A program made the position numbers and the translations under genes. Below are positions 61,425-64,000 of a stretch of 64,000 bases of DNA, piece by piece; the first letter of the stretch is position 1, and each line of letters begins with the position of its first letter. The stretch covers positions 128,001 through 192,000 of the forward strand of contig CAVRDX010000001.1 in NCBI GenBank assembly GCA_963719945.1, written 5' to 3'. The DNA comes from an uncultured Thermoplasmata archaeon (GTDB taxonomy: Archaea > Thermoplasmatota > Thermoplasmata > UBA10834). A model generated the notes under the pieces. That model was not told where the DNA came from. It made no database searches and worked only from the letters and a program-made list of their open reading frames with translations.

Positions 61425-62967
61425 TCCTCATAAGGATCGGTATTCCGAGAGCGAATGCGAGGTCGTTCTTGATGTAGAAGTAGACTGGGTCGATGCTGTC
61501 CTCGAACAGGTCCAGCACAGTATCGTTCCCGCTGCCGATGTACCTGGGCAATATCATCGAGTAGTTGTTCTCGCGGAGGTATGAGGTCAGTCCTCCTATG
61601 TCCTTGAGCCGGAAACAAACGACTACCACGGATACATTGTATTCGTCGATCGCGTTCGTCACGTCGTCTAATGTCAGCTGCGGATATCGCCTATATGCGA
61701 CATTGGCTACCTGCGGTGGTGTGAGCGCATCGGCCTGGGTCGCTATCAACGGGTCGCCACAGATTACCCATGTGTCGTTGCCTGTGAGGTTCTCGATGCT
61801 GTCCGTTATGTCTCGTAGCATCTCTGCATAAGTTATCTCAGACGGCTCCCCCTGGGCAGCGATACCGTAGAACGCTAGACCTGCTGATGCGACCACATCC
61901 ATGAGTATGACGGCTGCCGCGAAGCGTCTCATTGCAGTGTTCTTTTTCAGCATCTTCCTGAGGTTGGTCCTCCTTTTGACGCCTTTTTTAGTCCTTACCG
62001 TCTCGGCGGTCACTACACCCGCAAGTATGGCGAGGGAAGGACTCATCAGGACCAGGTGATGGAAGAAGACCAATGGTTGAATGATCATCAGGAGCAACAG
62101 AACCGCGGAGACGACCATGAGGAGTCGTATCTCTCGTCCCGCGGACCATAAGCTGCGCGCGTAGATGAGCGGGAGTATGTATGACAGGTTCAATCCGAGG
62201 TATGCCAGGACTGCGAACTTCAGGAACGGCTCGAAATCCCTGTGGGTCTGGTTGAATATCATGCCCTGGAGCATCGCTGAGGTGTCCAGGACAACCAGGA
62301 AAAGGACCAGTGGCACTATTGATGCTGAGACGAACAGAGTCATGTCCATGACTCTCTTCGAGGCAAGGGGTCTCTCCTTGATCACTTCGAAGATGAAGAA
62401 CAGCAGTACGCCCACGACTCCGAAGGCTCCCAAGAGTTTCACCGATGCGGATACCCCCATCAGCATCCCTCCGACGACAAGGGCCACCCTGCTCTCTTTC
62501 TGGATGTAATGGATGAGGGCCAAGAACGAGAACGCCAGGAAGTAACTGGCCATTCCGTCGAGCGAGTACAGTCGGGACTCTCTGAGAAACGCGAAATCGA
62601 CCGCGAGGAAGAGCCCGGTCGCGAGCATGGCTATGTCTCCGCTGATACGCCTGGCCGCGGCCATGCATGCGATGATCGCAAATATCGATAGCGCGGCTTC
62701 CAGCGAACGAAGTGTGACGACATCTCCGCTGAATATCGCGCCGATGTAGAATGCGAGCGGCGCTTGATCGCATGGGAGTTCAGTGTAGAGTTCGAACCCG
62801 TAGTCTATGAGCAACGACCGCTGAAGCATCACACCCTCGTCGACGCCGTTGTTGGAGAAGCTCCAGCCGATATGATAGAATCTGATCGAAGCTGCGAGCA
62901 GTATTATCAGGCCCGCTGCTATGAGCACGTTCCGCCTGTTCTCGGTCAGGCGTTCGAGCAATCTCAT
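61414..62967 (-). CDS. GT-C fold (PMT/ArnT-like) membrane glycosyltransferase
   Basis: First-loop DEG, DQAPL, multiple TM helices, soluble C-terminal domain. Confidence 0.8.
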   Translation of the reverse strand: MRLLERLTENRRNVLIAAGLIILLAASIRFYHIGWSFSNNGVDEGVMLQRSLLIDYGFELYTELPCDQAPLAFYIGAIFSGDVVTLRSLEAALSIFAIIACMAAARRISGDIAMLATGLFLAVDFAFLRESRLYSLDGMASYFLAFSFLALIHYIQKESRVALVVGGMLMGVSASVKLLGAFGVVGVLLFFIFEVIKERPLASKRVMDMTLFVSASIVPLVLFLVVLDTSAMLQGMIFNQTHRDFEPFLKFAVLAYLGLNLSYILPLIYARSLWSAGREIRLLMVVSAVLLLLMIIQPLVFFHHLVLMSPSLAILAGVVTAETVRTKKGVKRRTNLRKMLKKNTAMRRFAAAVILMDVVASAGLAFYGIAAQGEPSEITYAEMLRDITDSIENLTGNDTWVICGDPLIATQADALTPPQVANVAYRRYPQLTLDDVTNAIDEYNVSVVVVCFRLKDIGGLTSYLRENNYSMILPRYIGSGNDTVLDLFEDSIDPVYFYIKNDLAFALGIPILMRIKP

Positions 62968-63027
62968 CTGGTCACTCCTTCGCCCGTATCCGAACCGTCG
63001 TAAATCTGTATATGATGTGCAGTCTTC

Positions 63028-64000
63028 TCAGAGGAATTCCTGGAATTCCTTGACGAGTTCCGGATACCTATCCTCAATCGCCTTCAGTATCGCGAGCGTG
63101 GACATCTTCTCCACGCCCACTTCATTCAATGTCGCGATCACCTTGTCGAAAGTCTCGTCAGATAGAGTGACGAGCTTCTCCTTGGCGAGCCAGTTCCTGT
63201 AGAGTTGGTTCTCTATCAGGTTGCGCCAGCCGTTCTCGTATCGCATGAGCGACTTCTCGCTGAAGTCGTTCTCCCGGGTTGCCTTTGCGAGGACCTCCCC
63301 CGCGACCTTCCCCGACTTGCATGAGTTCGATATCCCTCCACCGGTGATCGGGTCGATCTGTCTGGCAGCGTCACCGACGAGGAGGATTCCATCGCCTATC
63401 GTCTTTTCGATAGGAGCACATATCGAAACCGCACCGCTTACCAATTCCAATGGCTTCCCCTTCCTCAGTCTGGGATCGCCCTGGATGAACTTGTCCAGAT
63501 GCTTCTTGACATCAGCTATCTCATGCAACTTCGTGAGTTGCATTCCGATTCCGACATTGGCGGTATCTTCGTTCTTCGGGAACAACCAGATGTATCCTCC
63601 CGGCGCTTTGCTCCCGAGCACGAATTCGCAGTATTCGTGTTCGATATCGATGTTTGTGAGTCTGTACTGGAAGCAGGTGGTGATGTCCCTGGGCGCAAGG
63701 CTGGTGTCGATGCCTGCCCATCTGCCAACCTGTGATTCGAAGCCATCGGCCGCGACGACGCAGCCGCAGCTGATATCTCTGGAACCGTCCATCGAATTCA
63801 CGTGCACTCCCACGACCTTGCCACCTTCCTTGATGAGCTTTGTCGCAGAGGCTTTGAGCTGAAGGTCTGCGCCCGCTTTTATGGCATCTCTCGCGAGCTG
63901 CTTGTCGAAGAAGACTCGGTCGATAACGATGCCGACCTCGTCTCCTGCCATCTTCTCTCCCAAGTAGAACGGAGTGCCATTTGGTGCGACGAGTTTGGCG
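63028..64000 (-). CDS. Digeranylgeranylglycerophospholipid reductase (GGR family), 5'-truncated by window end
   Basis: IDRVFFDK, AADG, PGGYIWLFPK and VGDAARQIDPITGGGI motifs. Confidence 0.93.
   Translation of the reverse strand, partial: AKLVAPNGTPFYLGEKMAGDEVGIVIDRVFFDKQLARDAIKAGADLQLKASATKLIKEGGKVVGVHVNSMDGSRDISCGCVVAADGFESQVGRWAGIDTSLAPRDITTCFQYRLTNIDIEHEYCEFVLGSKAPGGYIWLFPKNEDTANVGIGMQLTKLHEIADVKKHLDKFIQGDPRLRKGKPLELVSGAVSICAPIEKTIGDGILLVGDAARQIDPITGGGISNSCKSGKVAGEVLAKATRENDFSEKSLMRYENGWRNLIENQLYRNWLAKEKLVTLSDETFDKVIATLNEVGVEKMSTLAILKAIEDRYPELVKEFQEFL

Overview
Archaeal chromosomal window, probably Thermoplasmatota (inferred from an archaeal 23S rRNA with no 16S upstream, a type II Map, a geranylgeranyl reductase and a Rab-like GTPase beside a longin-like gene). 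Housekeeping genes occupy about 1-10.6 kb and 34.7-64 kb. The main feature is a ~21 kb array starting at the 3' end of tRNA-Leu(CAA) (11110-11194). About ten gene cassettes each end in a conserved ~112-bp repeat: a ~92-bp arm plus a ~20-bp copy of the tRNA 3' end and adjacent bases (AATCCGGGCCCTCGCACATT). Eight repeats are full length and two distal ones are decayed. One 2.1-kb cassette occurs twice, bounded exactly at the cores, and no integrase is recognisable in the window. Cargo includes amt plus the pst operon, mntP, TA-like pairs, Fic proteins and an ATPase. This looks like an integron-like, tRNA-anchored cassette system mobilised in trans. Also present: a solo TnpB with an altered RuvC-III motif, a frameshifted Rab-like GTPase, and a structured ncRNA candidate. 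All coordinates and alignments were read by eye.
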